DNA of 64,000 bases from an uncultured Candidatus Saccharibacteria bacterium (GCA_964479945.1 CAYZNS010000006.1:1107-65106), one strand, 5' to 3'. Counted from the stretch's first letter, positions 19,829-29,774 are shown. The notes: generated from the sequence alone by a model not told the origin. A program made the numbers and translations.

Positions 19829-22093
19829 ATGAAATCCCTTGTAATTGTAGAATCCCCCACTAAAGCCAAAACCATTTCCCGCTTCCTCGGGAAAGATTTT
19901 GTCGTGGAATCCAGCTTCGGCCACATTCGCGATCTGCCTTCGTCGTCGCTAGGCATTGACGTAGAGCATAATTTCACACCCAAATATGTTATTCCCCGTA
20001 AAGCATCGCCGAAGGTAAAAAACTTGAAAGAACTCGCGAAAAAGGCAGATCGTATTATTCTGGCAACTGACGAAGACCGGGAGGGAGAAGCCATAGCGTG
20101 GCACCTCACCCAGGCCCTTGGCCTGGGAAATTCCAATTTCCAAGAAACAATTTCCAAACGAATTACAAACAAAAACAAAAAATCAAATTCAAAACAAAAA
20201 AAAGAACACGCTCCACGCTCCACGCTCCACGCTCCACAAATCCAACGGATCGTTTTTCATGAAATTACCAAAAAAGCGATAGAGGATGCGCTTAAGCATC
20301 CGCGGGAGATTGATGCGCATCTAGTGGACGCGCAGCAAGCGCGGCGTATTTTGGACCGGCTGGTTGGCTATAAGCTCTCGCCGTTTCTCTGGAAGAAGAT
20401 AGTGCGCGGTCTCTCTGCCGGCCGCGTACAGTCAGTTGCCGTGCGGCTTATTGTAGATCGCGAACGCGAAATTGAAAAATTCAAACCACAGGAATATTGG
20501 TCGATTTCCGCACTACTGCGGAAATCGCAATTTCCAATTTCCAATCCACCAACTGGCGGACAATTTCCAAACGAATTTGAAGCACTGCTCATAAAAAAAG
20601 GCAACGAATCGCTGGATAAATTTGCCATAAAAACAAAACAGGCGGCGGATAATATTGTTGCTGATCTCACCGGCGCTTCCTACACCGTAAAATCCGTAGA
20701 GAAAAAAGCAACCCAGCGCATGCCCCCGCCTCCCTTTACCACGAGCACGCTTCAACAGGCGGCATCAGCGCGAATGGGATATTCCGCGCGCCAGACCATG
20801 GTATTAGCCCAGCAATTATATGAAGGCATTGATGTTGGCAACGGCGGCCATACCGGCTTGATAACCTATATGCGCACCGATTCGCTTAATCTATCCGCAG
20901 AATCGCTCACAGCAGCCGCAGTTTATATTACATCCGCGTGGGGTTCTTCGTACGCACTGTCCGCACCGCGCGTTTATAAAACAAAATCAAAGGGGGCGCA
21001 GGAAGCGCACGAGGCAATCCGTCCCACCGACGTTACGCGCGCGCCCGCGCGCATAAAACAATATCTTGACAATAAGCAATATAAATTATACGAACTCATA
21101 TGGCAGCGTTTTGTAGCAACGCAAATGCCACCCGCAATATTCGACAGTACAACTGTCGATATTGCGGCAAATCACAAAACACAAATCACAAATTCCAAAC
21201 AAATTCCAAATTCAAAAATCCAAAATCAAAACATAGAATACCTATTTCGCGCCACGGGGTCCGTTCTGAAGTTTGACGGATTTCTCAAAGCGTACCCCAT
21301 AAAAACGGAGGACAAATTGCTACCGGAACTTGTGGAAAAACAGGTACTTGATCTGGAGAAACTGGAGCCGCGGCAGCATTTTACCGAGCCGCCTCCACGG
21401 TATTCGGAAGCATCTCTTATTAAAGTGCTGGAAAAAAACGGCATTGGTCGGCCTTCCACCTATGCACCAACCATCGGCACCATTCAAGAACGCAATTATG
21501 TGCAAAAAAATGAGGCAAAACGCTTCCAACCGACTGAGATGGGCGTTATGGTAAACGACCTCTTGGCAGAACATTTCCCCGCTATTGTAGATGTGCAATT
21601 TACCGCGCGCATGGAAGAAGACTTGGATAAAATAGCAGAAGGAGAGCGCGCATGGGTGCCGACCATTCGGGAATTTTATGAACCGTTTGAAAAAACCTTA
21701 CTGGAAAAATACGAAACCGTTAAAAAACAAACCACAGACGAAACTACGGACGAGATATGTGAAAAGTGCGGCAAGCCGATGGTAATAAAACACGGGCGCT
21801 TCGGTAAATTTATTGCCTGTTCCGGTTTCCCGGAGTGCCGCAACACGAAACGTTCGTCCGAATCCTCCCCAGCCATTGGCATACCCTGCCCCAAATGCGG
21901 CGCGGAAATTATCCAAAAAAGAACGAAACGCGGTAAATTTTTCTTCGGCTGCAGCGCCTATCCCACATGCGATTTTGCTTTGTGGGATAAACCCACCGGG
22001 GAGAAATGTCCGAAATGCGGCTTGTTGATGGTAGAGAAAGGGAAGAAAGTTGTTTGTTCTGATAAGGAATGTGCTAGGGTATTAGAGCATTAG
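19829..22093 (+). CDS. topA: DNA topoisomerase I with three in-frame repeat-derived insertions
   Basis: VIVESPTKAKTI, DEDREGE, SAGRVQS, ITYMRTDS, QEAHEAIRPT, C-terminal zinc ribbons. Confidence 0.97.
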   Translation: MKSLVIVESPTKAKTISRFLGKDFVVESSFGHIRDLPSSSLGIDVEHNFTPKYVIPRKASPKVKNLKELAKKADRIILATDEDREGEAIAWHLTQALGLGNSNFQETISKRITNKNKKSNSKQKKEHAPRSTLHAPQIQRIVFHEITKKAIEDALKHPREIDAHLVDAQQARRILDRLVGYKLSPFLWKKIVRGLSAGRVQSVAVRLIVDREREIEKFKPQEYWSISALLRKSQFPISNPPTGGQFPNEFEALLIKKGNESLDKFAIKTKQAADNIVADLTGASYTVKSVEKKATQRMPPPPFTTSTLQQAASARMGYSARQTMVLAQQLYEGIDVGNGGHTGLITYMRTDSLNLSAESLTAAAVYITSAWGSSYALSAPRVYKTKSKGAQEAHEAIRPTDVTRAPARIKQYLDNKQYKLYELIWQRFVATQMPPAIFDSTTVDIAANHKTQITNSKQIPNSKIQNQNIEYLFRATGSVLKFDGFLKAYPIKTEDKLLPELVEKQVLDLEKLEPRQHFTEPPPRYSEASLIKVLEKNGIGRPSTYAPTIGTIQERNYVQKNEAKRFQPTEMGVMVNDLLAEHFPAIVDVQFTARMEEDLDKIAEGERAWVPTIREFYEPFEKTLLEKYETVKKQTTDETTDEICEKCGKPMVIKHGRFGKFIACSGFPECRNTKRSSESSPAIGIPCPKCGAEIIQKRTKRGKFFFGCSAYPTCDFALWDKPTGEKCPKCGLLMVEKGKKVVCSDKECARVLEH

Positions 22094-22254
22094 GTTTTAG
22101 AGCATTATTGAGCTTTCATAAACAGCTTAACATGGTCGTCTTCTCAAAAATGCTTTAAAATAGGCATTTTACGGGGCATGCGCCTGTTAAGTGAATAGTG
22201 AAAGGTCAATAGAAAATGGGAATCCTACTAACCTAAAGCTCTAATGCTCTATTC

Positions 22255-23982
22255 ATGGATTGGAAACAATTTAACCAAATACTAACAGACCTCGGCTATT
22301 CCGAGAGTGATCGCGAATTCATATCGCAGGCTTTTTCTTTCGCCCGGAATGCTCATGAAGGACAGAAGCGCGCATCCGGCGAGCCGTATTTTACCCATTT
22401 AGCAAACGTCGGCGCATATATAGCGGAGATGAAGCTGGACGCGCATACGATAGCGGCCGCCCTTTTGCATGACGTACTGGAAGACTGCGCCGTGCCGCAG
22501 GAAGAGCTCGCGCGCCGTTTTGGAGAAGATACGGCATTTCTTGTTGAGGGTGCCACAAAACTTGGCACCGTGCGGTACCGCGGCATACAGCGCAAAGTTG
22601 AGTCGCTGCGCAAAATGTTTCTTGCAGTGGCCCAAGACGTGCGTGTAGTCCTTATCAAACTTGCCGACCGCCTGCACAATATGCAGACAATCCAATATCT
22701 TCCGCCGAAAAAACAACAACGCATCGCAACTGAAACGCTGGAGATCTATGCGCCTATTGCGTACCGCCTCGGCATGGGCGGCATGAAAGGCGCGTTGGAA
22801 GACCTCGCGTTTCCTGTTACGAATCCGGACGAATACGCATGGGTATGCCGCGAAGTGAAACACCGTGTACCGGAAGGCGAACAGTATCTCCGAGAAGAGG
22901 TAAAACCAGCGCTGGAAGAATTCCTGCATGCGGACGGCATACACCCTATTGCCATTGATTTTCGTAAAAAACATCTCTATAGCTTATGGCAGAAACTGCT
23001 TCGGTACAATATGGACTTCGGCCGCATTACGGATCTCCTTGCCATGCGCGTTATTGTAGATACTGTTGAGGATTGTTATCAGACGCTTGGCATCATTCAT
23101 CAACTCTGGAAGCCGCTTCCCGGCCGCATCAAGGATTACATAGCGCTTCCAAAACACAATGGCTACCGAAGCCTGCACACCACCGTGTTCTGCGGTGAAA
23201 ATAAAATAACGGAGTTCCAGATACGAACGCAGGAGATGCACGACGAAGCGGAGCGCGGCGTTGCCGCGCACTGGATGTACACGGAAACCGGCAAGCCGAA
23301 ACGAGGAGCGGCCGTGGAGCGGCAAACTGCATGGATACAAAAACTCTCCGCATGGCAGCAGGAGGTGGGCGCGGCTGAAGACGATGATGAATTTTTAGAA
23401 TCCTTAAAGATAGATTTCTTCAAAGACCGCATTTTCGTCTTGACGCCGAAAGGAGAAGTAATAGACCTCCCTGCTGGGGCAACGCCCGTTGATTTTGCGT
23501 ATGCAATACACTCAGAAATTGGGGACCATATGATGGGGGCCAAGGTAAACGGCAAACTCTCACCCTTTGACCGCGAGCTCGCCTCCGGCGAAACAATAGA
23601 AATTCTCACGCAAAAAAATAAAAAACCGAACGCCGAGTGGCTTTCGTTCATAAAAACGTCGCTCGCCCGCAACCGCATACGTGCCGCCGTCCGTAAAGAG
23701 CCAGAGGGCGCTTCTTCAGGCGCCACCCGCAAAAAGCAGCATCAGCAATATCAATGCGTCATTACCGGCCGCGACCGCGTGGGCTTGCTCAAAGATATAT
23801 CCGCGATATTTTCCGAATTCCGCATTAACATTCAGCACATCGCCATGAATACGAAGAATAAACAGCAATATCCGGATATCGTCATATCGTTTCAGGCACG
23901 CGATGAGCGGCAAGTGCACAGCGTCGCCACGCGCCTCAAAGGTGTCCCTGATATTGAAGAAATTGCAATGAAACGGGTGTAG
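22255..23982 (+). CDS. relA: RelA/SpoT (p)ppGpp synthetase/hydrolase (HD, SYN, TGS, ACT)
   Basis: RASGEPYFTH, LLHDVLED, KDYIALPKHNGYRSLHT, TPVDFAYAIHS. Confidence 0.92.
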   Translation: MDWKQFNQILTDLGYSESDREFISQAFSFARNAHEGQKRASGEPYFTHLANVGAYIAEMKLDAHTIAAALLHDVLEDCAVPQEELARRFGEDTAFLVEGATKLGTVRYRGIQRKVESLRKMFLAVAQDVRVVLIKLADRLHNMQTIQYLPPKKQQRIATETLEIYAPIAYRLGMGGMKGALEDLAFPVTNPDEYAWVCREVKHRVPEGEQYLREEVKPALEEFLHADGIHPIAIDFRKKHLYSLWQKLLRYNMDFGRITDLLAMRVIVDTVEDCYQTLGIIHQLWKPLPGRIKDYIALPKHNGYRSLHTTVFCGENKITEFQIRTQEMHDEAERGVAAHWMYTETGKPKRGAAVERQTAWIQKLSAWQQEVGAAEDDDEFLESLKIDFFKDRIFVLTPKGEVIDLPAGATPVDFAYAIHSEIGDHMMGAKVNGKLSPFDRELASGETIEILTQKNKKPNAEWLSFIKTSLARNRIRAAVRKEPEGASSGATRKKQHQQYQCVITGRDRVGLLKDISAIFSEFRINIQHIAMNTKNKQQYPDIVISFQARDERQVHSVATRLKGVPDIEEIAMKRV

Positions 23983-24295
23983 GTGACTAGCCGAGCTCTA
24001 TCCCGGTGCAACCGCGGATGGATATGGATATCTCATCCAGAAAACGCATCATGTCATTCCCGCGTAGGCGGGAATCCAGTTGTCCGCCCGAGGCGGATCA
24101 GCATCCGGATGAAAAAACATATATACCTTCAATGGTAATGGATCCCGCATCAAGTGCGGGATGACAAATTATGTCGCATGTGGTGCGGATTCATAATGTT
24201 TTATCTATAGCCGGGCTCAGCACCGGAAATGCTTACCGGTGCCGTATTCCGGAATGTGCCGAACCCCGGTGGAACCTGAATTAGTCACAACCTTG
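23983..24295. repeat. Nested palindrome cluster: repeat A enclosing a GTCATTCCCGC REP pair and a TCCGCC/GGCGGA mini-hairpin, plus a degenerate second copy of A
   Basis: gtgactagccgagctc...gtcattcccgcgtaggcgggaatccag...tccgcccgaggcgga...ggatcccgcatcaagtgcgggatgac...agccgggctcagcaccggaa. Confidence 0.85.
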
Positions 24296-24298
24296 CAC

Positions 24299-25987
24299 TT
24301 ATTCAGTCAAGAACTCAATTCCTCCTGCATCTTTTTGCACACACAATTTCCCATTCTTGAGCGTTATAGCACCTTTTCTTATAGGATCATATAAATATTT
24401 TTTTCCTTGTGGATGGTTTTTTTGGTATTTAATGAAATCTACAAGGATATCTTTAAATGTGGGTATATTTTTTAAAACATGTTTAACTATCCCATCTATG
24501 TAAGCAGTCGCATCGCCTTCCCTGCCTCGCATACTGTCCTCAAATGAAGCCAGTTCCTCTCTTGTCATTCCATTCCTAACTAAAAGGATGAATCTATTCA
24601 TTGCGTCCAAAGATTCTGGTTTATAGAGAGGATCTTTTGGCGCCTGCTTTTCCATTTTTTCTCGCCATTCTTTCAAGCCAATTTCCGGATCGGTGCTAAT
24701 AGTAATACCACTTTGCATGAGTTCCTTTTCAACAGCAAGTAGTCTGCGCCATATATCAGCGCTATTCTGCACAGCATCTACTACACGATTATTAATAACA
24801 TCCATGTACAATTTCTCTTTTTTTGGGATCTCCACTTTTATACGGCTCAAAACTTCTTTAAAAAAGAAAACATTTTTGATGTTCTGTTTGCAATCACGAA
24901 TCATATGCTTTAAAGTGAAATACCGCTTAACATCCACGTTACTGTCATCCTGAATGTCCTCTTCGGAGACCATACCATCCAATCGTTTATCAACTTTCTT
25001 GGCCTCAAAAAGAATATTTTGCACTTGTGGTAATAATTCCACATTCTCCATTATTGCATTATGTTCTTCTCTGTCTATCTTTTTTAGCGTTCCTGATAGA
25101 TAAATTAAATTCAACTCATCACTCCTGGAATCTATGGCTATGTTTTGTAAAATTTGATCCATTTCGTGAGTACCAAATCCTTTGCTCTCTGCTTTTTCAA
25201 CCATCGCCGCATAATATTCTATTTTCTCGGGTATCTCAAGTTTATTAAACTCAAGCACTTGCTCCAACCGCAACTCTCGCAACTGCTCAGGCGTTAATGG
25301 AAGTTGTTCCTGCACGCCACCAAAACGATCAACTCTCGATAGCGGCGACCCTTCATTTGTCTTTTCTTCGTATTCTGCCAACTCTTCCTCTGAAGAAGTT
25401 CTTGGTATTGATTGAATAAATTCTTTATACGTTTTCGCTTTTTCGGGATACTGGCTCGCAAATTCATTCCACATATGGATTGAATTTGCTTCGTATGTCC
25501 GATTCCAGACTTCATTGAATTGAAGTGTCGGTTTCTCAAGTGCTTGCCGCACACCAGAATCGGCATTTGTTTTTCTTAGTATTTCATTTTCCAAATTTTG
25601 AACAGCGGGATCATCAATAGGGTTATCGTAGATACGTTTCTCCTCTCGTGCATCATACATCTGTGCTACTTCACTAAATTTCTCTCGAAAGAGATTTTCG
25701 GCTCGATCATCCAAAGTAACCGGCTTCTCATGTTTTTTAAAAGCAGTTGGATCGCCAAACATATAATCTTGAAACTCGGAACGCAGTTCATTTCCATTCC
25801 ACCTATTACCATTCTGTCTTTCCCAATCAGCGATCAATTCATCTTTTATTGACTGAAATCTTGGATCATCAATTAATTTCCTCGTCAGACTCAACTCTTG
25901 CGTCTCGATTTTCTTATCCATACTTTCATCCTTATCTGGTTCAATTATTCGCGGCTGTTCGTATAAAATTTTTTTTTCGCCTTCCAT
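24299..25987 (-). CDS. Hypothetical acidic helical protein, AT-rich
   Basis: 562-aa ORF with no recognisable motif. Confidence 0.8.
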   Translation of the reverse strand: MEGEKKILYEQPRIIEPDKDESMDKKIETQELSLTRKLIDDPRFQSIKDELIADWERQNGNRWNGNELRSEFQDYMFGDPTAFKKHEKPVTLDDRAENLFREKFSEVAQMYDAREEKRIYDNPIDDPAVQNLENEILRKTNADSGVRQALEKPTLQFNEVWNRTYEANSIHMWNEFASQYPEKAKTYKEFIQSIPRTSSEEELAEYEEKTNEGSPLSRVDRFGGVQEQLPLTPEQLRELRLEQVLEFNKLEIPEKIEYYAAMVEKAESKGFGTHEMDQILQNIAIDSRSDELNLIYLSGTLKKIDREEHNAIMENVELLPQVQNILFEAKKVDKRLDGMVSEEDIQDDSNVDVKRYFTLKHMIRDCKQNIKNVFFFKEVLSRIKVEIPKKEKLYMDVINNRVVDAVQNSADIWRRLLAVEKELMQSGITISTDPEIGLKEWREKMEKQAPKDPLYKPESLDAMNRFILLVRNGMTREELASFEDSMRGREGDATAYIDGIVKHVLKNIPTFKDILVDFIKYQKNHPQGKKYLYDPIRKGAITLKNGKLCVQKDAGGIEFLTE

Positions 25988-26004
25988 AATTTTAAATATT
26001 TATA

Positions 26005-27108
26005 TTACACCGTAAAAGTAGTAAGATCCTCAGGCCGCGCCATACCTTCCTCTTCCGGCTGTTCGTTCTGTGACTCATGTATGGTAACCGCGCTTCCGCT
26101 TGTATCTTCTTCCGGCATTGCGCCGCTTGCCGCCGCGTTGTCAGCCGCCATGCGCACCAATAAATTCTGCAACTCTTCTTCCGAGAAAAATTCTATGGAT
26201 ATTTTACCTTTCCCTTCCCTGTTCCGGCGCACGGAAACGCGCGTACCAAGCGCGTTAGCAAGTTTTGTCTCAAATGTGCGCGTTGCCACATCAAATGTTT
26301 CATTATCAGATTTTTTTGTCGCCTTCAGCGCCGGACCTATGCGTGCGAGCACCTGCCGCACCGAGTATTCTATGTCCCGCGATACCAACCCCTCCGACAA
26401 TATCCGGCGAAATAACACACGCTGTTCATCTTCATTATGAGAAATGCCCAGCAAAGGACGCGCCTGCCCTTCCGTCATACGCCCATGCGCAATAGCTTGC
26501 TGAATATAATCCGGCAATGCAAGCAAGCGCACGGTATTCGCCACCGCTTCCCTGCTTTTTGCCACGCGCATGCCAACTTCCCGCGCCGAGAGGTGAAACT
26601 CGCCCATAAGGCGCTTGTATGCCTGTGCTTTCTCCATCGCATTTAAGTCCTCGCGCTGTAAGTTTTCAATAAGGGCAAGCTCCAGCTTTATTTTATCGGA
26701 CTCCTCACGCCGTATCACAGCCGGAATATGCGCCAAGCCGATCATGCATGCCGCGCGGTACCGCCGCTCGCCCGCGATAATCTGGTATTCCACCTGCGTA
26801 CCGGTCGGCACGTCAAACTCCCGCTTGGAGACTACAATGGGCTGCAGCATGCCGTATTGCCGGATTGATTCGGCAAGCGCGCGGATTTTCTCTTCATCAA
26901 AATGGGTACGCGGCTGTTCCGGGTTGGGCTTTATCTTTGTGGTCTCAACCCAAAACACGCTTTCTTTTGGCCGCTCATTGGCCGGCGGCAGATTACTCGA
27001 CGCTGCCGGAGGAGCACTGATTTCTACGCTGCTTTGAGAAGAAGCCGCCGTTTCTTCGCCGCTTCCCCCCAGAAGAGCGTCAAGCCCGCGTCCTAATACG
27101 TTTGCCAT
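26005..27108 (-). CDS. parB: Chromosome partitioning protein ParB
   Basis: LGRGLDAL, NPEQPR, IIAGERRYRA, ALIENLQREDL. Confidence 0.96.
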   Translation of the reverse strand: MANVLGRGLDALLGGSGEETAASSQSSVEISAPPAASSNLPPANERPKESVFWVETTKIKPNPEQPRTHFDEEKIRALAESIRQYGMLQPIVVSKREFDVPTGTQVEYQIIAGERRYRAACMIGLAHIPAVIRREESDKIKLELALIENLQREDLNAMEKAQAYKRLMGEFHLSAREVGMRVAKSREAVANTVRLLALPDYIQQAIAHGRMTEGQARPLLGISHNEDEQRVLFRRILSEGLVSRDIEYSVRQVLARIGPALKATKKSDNETFDVATRTFETKLANALGTRVSVRRNREGKGKISIEFFSEEELQNLLVRMAADNAAASGAMPEEDTSGSAVTIHESQNEQPEEEGMARPEDLTTFTV

Positions 27109-27179
27109 ACTATCATTCTACTAAATTATTCTTTAAACATCAAACAAAGTTAATTACATGAGCGCTTGCGCCGTTTTTT

Positions 27180-27253
27180 TAATGAATTATGAAGATAGAA
27201 TTATGAATTATGGGAAAAAATCTTGTTCCATAATTCCTGATTCATAATTCATC
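27180..27253. repeat. Inverted heptamer tracts (aattatg / cataatt)
   Basis: Same unit as the tsaD insertion at 59752-59830. Confidence 0.8.
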
Positions 27254-27307
27254 TCTCACCCAAGCAATCCCATAGAATATGTTCGAAACGCAGTTTTGAA
27301 CATATGT

Positions 27308-28069
27308 CTATCCAACTAACCCAAGTATCTCTTCCGTAAGCTGCCAATATGCTTTGGCGCCATGCGAACGGGGCGCGTAGCGGAGTATTGTTTTTCCGAA
27401 ACCCGGCGCCTCGGCGAGCTTTGCGTTGCGGGGTATTACGGACTGAAACACGTAATAAGCTGATTTTTCCCGCACTTCTTTGAGTACCGCGTTCGCAAGG
27501 CGCGATTTTCTATCGTACATGGTACATAAAACGCCCAAAATGCGGGTTTTCCTGCGCGGAGCCTGATTTAGTTTCTGGATCGTACGAAATAGTTCCGACA
27601 TTCCTTCCAGCGCATAATACTCGCACTGAACCGGCACCACCACAAATTGTGAAGCGGCGAATCCGTTCACCGTAAGAACGCCAAGGCCCGGCGGCGCATC
27701 AATATAAATTACGTCATACACGGCAGCGGGCGGCATAAGCGCGCGATCAAGAAAGGTATTGCGCATATGCATATGCGTAAGCTCAATGGCAGTTGCCGCT
27801 AAATCCGGCGTTGCGGGAAGCAGCGACAAGTTGGGTATGGAAGTCTCAATAATTCCTTCGCGCGCGGGCACTTTCCCTATAAGCGCCTCGTACGTTCCCG
27901 GCACCCCCTTGAGCCGCGTCTTCCCCAGCAGCGCGGAGGTGGCATTCGCCTGCGGATCAAGATCAACCAGCAAAACTTTTTTGCCGAACGCCGCCGTGTA
28001 CGCCGCTACGTTTACGGCAGTAGTGGTTTTCCCCACGCCCCCTTTCTGGTTTGCGAAAATAATGGTCAT
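27308..28069 (-). CDS. parA: ParA/Soj ATPase
   Basis: NQKGGVGKTTT, DLDPQAN, PVQCEYYALEG. Confidence 0.96.
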   Translation of the reverse strand: MTIIFANQKGGVGKTTTAVNVAAYTAAFGKKVLLVDLDPQANATSALLGKTRLKGVPGTYEALIGKVPAREGIIETSIPNLSLLPATPDLAATAIELTHMHMRNTFLDRALMPPAAVYDVIYIDAPPGLGVLTVNGFAASQFVVVPVQCEYYALEGMSELFRTIQKLNQAPRRKTRILGVLCTMYDRKSRLANAVLKEVREKSAYYVFQSVIPRNAKLAEAPGFGKTILRYAPRSHGAKAYWQLTEEILGLVG

Positions 28070-28166
28070 GCGCTTTAGTATAGGACAACAACAAGAGCTT
28101 GTCTAAAACTTGCACAAATAGGACATATTATGTATACTTTAGAAAAGATATATACAAGGAGGCGTT

Positions 28167-28397
28167 ATGGCAGATGTTAAAGGGGTGTTCTTCAGTTTGT
28201 TGTATCAAAGTTTTTTAAATGAAGTTGACTTGGGAATGCTTGATGAGAATATAATCACCCAAGTCGCAAATAACTTTTGGATAGAGGCCAAAAAGGAAGC
28301 AAAGGGCGGAAGGATTACCAATACAATCTTGGATAAAAAAATCCACGCCGCCACCGAACAGTTAAAGCTCCTTGCGGAGCTTGAAACTACGGTGTAA
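28167..28397 (+). CDS. Small hypothetical protein
   Basis: SD aaggagg before ATG; terminator-like hairpin follows. Confidence 0.65.
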   Translation: MADVKGVFFSLLYQSFLNEVDLGMLDENIITQVANNFWIEAKKEAKGGRITNTILDKKIHAATEQLKLLAELETTV

Positions 28398-28422
28398 TAA
28401 TTTTATCCTGTTCCCCGTTCCA

Positions 28423-28449
28423 TGCCCCATCCCAAGGGGCGTTTTTTCT
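28423..28449 (+). terminator. Intrinsic terminator
   Basis: gcccc-atcccaa-ggggc followed by a T-tract. Confidence 0.6.
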
Positions 28450-28487
28450 TGAAAAAAGAAGAAAAATAAGGTATAATTTTCATATGT

Positions 28488-28571
28488 GCCGCGGTGGCGG
28501 AACTGGCAGACGCGTTGGACTCAAAATCCAATGATCGCAAGGTCGTGTGGGTTCAACTCCCACCCGCGGCA
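28488..28571 (+). tRNA. tRNA-Leu(CAA)
   Basis: GCCGCGG/CCGCGGC acceptor, TTGGA-CTCAAAA-TCCAA, long variable arm, GGTTCAACTCC. Confidence 0.95.
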
Positions 28572-28763
28572 CTAGTACCCCATTAAATTAATTTTGTCGT
28601 TGTTTTTCTGCGTTTTTCTGCGTAAAGTCTGCGAATTTCTGCGAGTACTTCCGACAAATTTATTTTAAGGAAGTACTAGCACTTCTCTGTAAAGAAAATG
28701 CAATCACATAACGTAGCGGCGGGAGTTGAAGGGAATGCCGGGGGCATTCCCGGGCCCGAAGGG

Positions 28764-28783
28764 AACTCCCACCCGCGGCACCA
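28764..28783 (+). repeat. Duplicated tRNA-Leu 3' end (att-like direct repeat)
   Basis: aactcccacccgcggcac at 28555-28572 and 28764-28781. Confidence 0.85.
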
Positions 28784-28786
28784 TTT

Positions 28787-28858
28787 GCCCTCGTCGTTCA
28801 ATGGATAGGACGCAAGATTCCGGATCTTGTAATAGGGGTTCGAATCCTCTCGAGGGCA
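28787..28858 (+). tRNA. tRNA-Arg(CCG)
   Basis: GCCCTCG/CGAGGGC, CAAGA-TTCCGGA-TCTTG, GGTTCGAATCC. Confidence 0.95.
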
Positions 28859-28880
28859 CAAATGACAAAAGGAGTTATTT

Positions 28881-29162
28881 TTATAGCCGCTTCCTCGTAT
28901 TTTTATACACCACGGACCGATGCTGAATGGCAAATATTTTTACCGTTAATTTCTCTATGCGAAAAATAACGCGATAATCTCCTACACGCAGTTTGCGGTA
29001 TCCGGCAAGAGATTTTCGCAGCGGTTTTCCATACGTCTCAGGATATATTGCAAGCTTTTTCTCAATAGCAAGCCGTATCTTCTTTTTCCATGCGGCAGGC
29101 AAGCGCAGAATATCCTCGCGCACAGCCAACGCATGATACGTTATGGAAAATTTTATTTCCAT
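28881..29162 (-). CDS. RelE/ParE-family toxin
   Basis: YGKPLRKSLAGYRKLRVGDYRVIF...IQHRSVVY. Confidence 0.9.
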   Translation of the reverse strand: MEIKFSITYHALAVREDILRLPAAWKKKIRLAIEKKLAIYPETYGKPLRKSLAGYRKLRVGDYRVIFRIEKLTVKIFAIQHRSVVYKNTRKRL

Positions 29163-29374
29163 GCGTTTTTATGCGGTATAAATGTAGCGCCGCGCGTATC
29201 GCGCATACCCGCAACGGCATCCCAAACCTGATCTTCTTCCAGTTCAATAGCCTCTTGCAAAAGTTCCGTTATTTTAGTAGCTTGCGGCGTCTTGTCCCGT
29301 ACGGCAAGCCGCGCCACCGCTTCTTCCAAAGCAGGGGAAAGACTGATATTAAGGCGTTTTTTTGTGGTGGGCAT
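29153..29374 (-). CDS. Ribbon-helix-helix antitoxin
   Basis: MPTTKKRLNISL...EAIELEED...HKNAW; overlaps the toxin start. Confidence 0.8.
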   Translation of the reverse strand: MPTTKKRLNISLSPALEEAVARLAVRDKTPQATKITELLQEAIELEEDQVWDAVAGMRDTRGATFIPHKNAWK

Positions 29375-29500
29375 ATGCATAGTGTATCAAAAGTGTATCA
29401 CACTTGTCAAATACAAAAAAGGGCAGAAATTCTGCCCCGACAGCATCATGCTTACGCAAGCTGCAATGTGCCGACGCGCTGGCGGAACTCCCTAAAATAA

Positions 29501-29521
29501 ATAATCCCATTTTGGGATTAT
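29501..29521. promoter_or_regulatory. Palindromic operator (C-box candidate)
   Basis: ataatccca-ttt-tgggattat, about 30 nt upstream of the XRE gene. Confidence 0.65.
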
Positions 29522-29551
29522 ACCACAATAGGATATATGATACAAACAAGC

Positions 29552-29773
29552 ATGAGCAAATCGGTTTACTCAAAAGACTACAAAGCCATCATAGAACGCC
29601 TAAAGACGGCGCGTATTGAGGCCGATCTATCTCAACAGGCGGTGGCTGATAAACTTGGCAAACCGCAGTCTTATATTTCCAAAATTGAGTCCGGCGAAAG
29701 ACGGCTTGATGTGGCAGAGATGAAAAAATTTGCAGCGATTTACAACAAACCAGCTGACTATTTTTTGAAATAA
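29552..29773 (+). CDS. XRE-family HTH, probable restriction-modification controller (C) protein
   Basis: LSQQAVADKLGKPQSYISKIESGERRLD; 1 nt before the REase gene. Confidence 0.85.
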   Translation: MSKSVYSKDYKAIIERLKTARIEADLSQQAVADKLGKPQSYISKIESGERRLDVAEMKKFAAIYNKPADYFLK

Positions 29774-29774
29774 T

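Noticed and set aside
27278-27306. parS site between parA and parB
   Set aside because: The palindrome atatgttcgaaa-cgcag-ttttgaacatat does not match TGTTTCACGTGAAACA.
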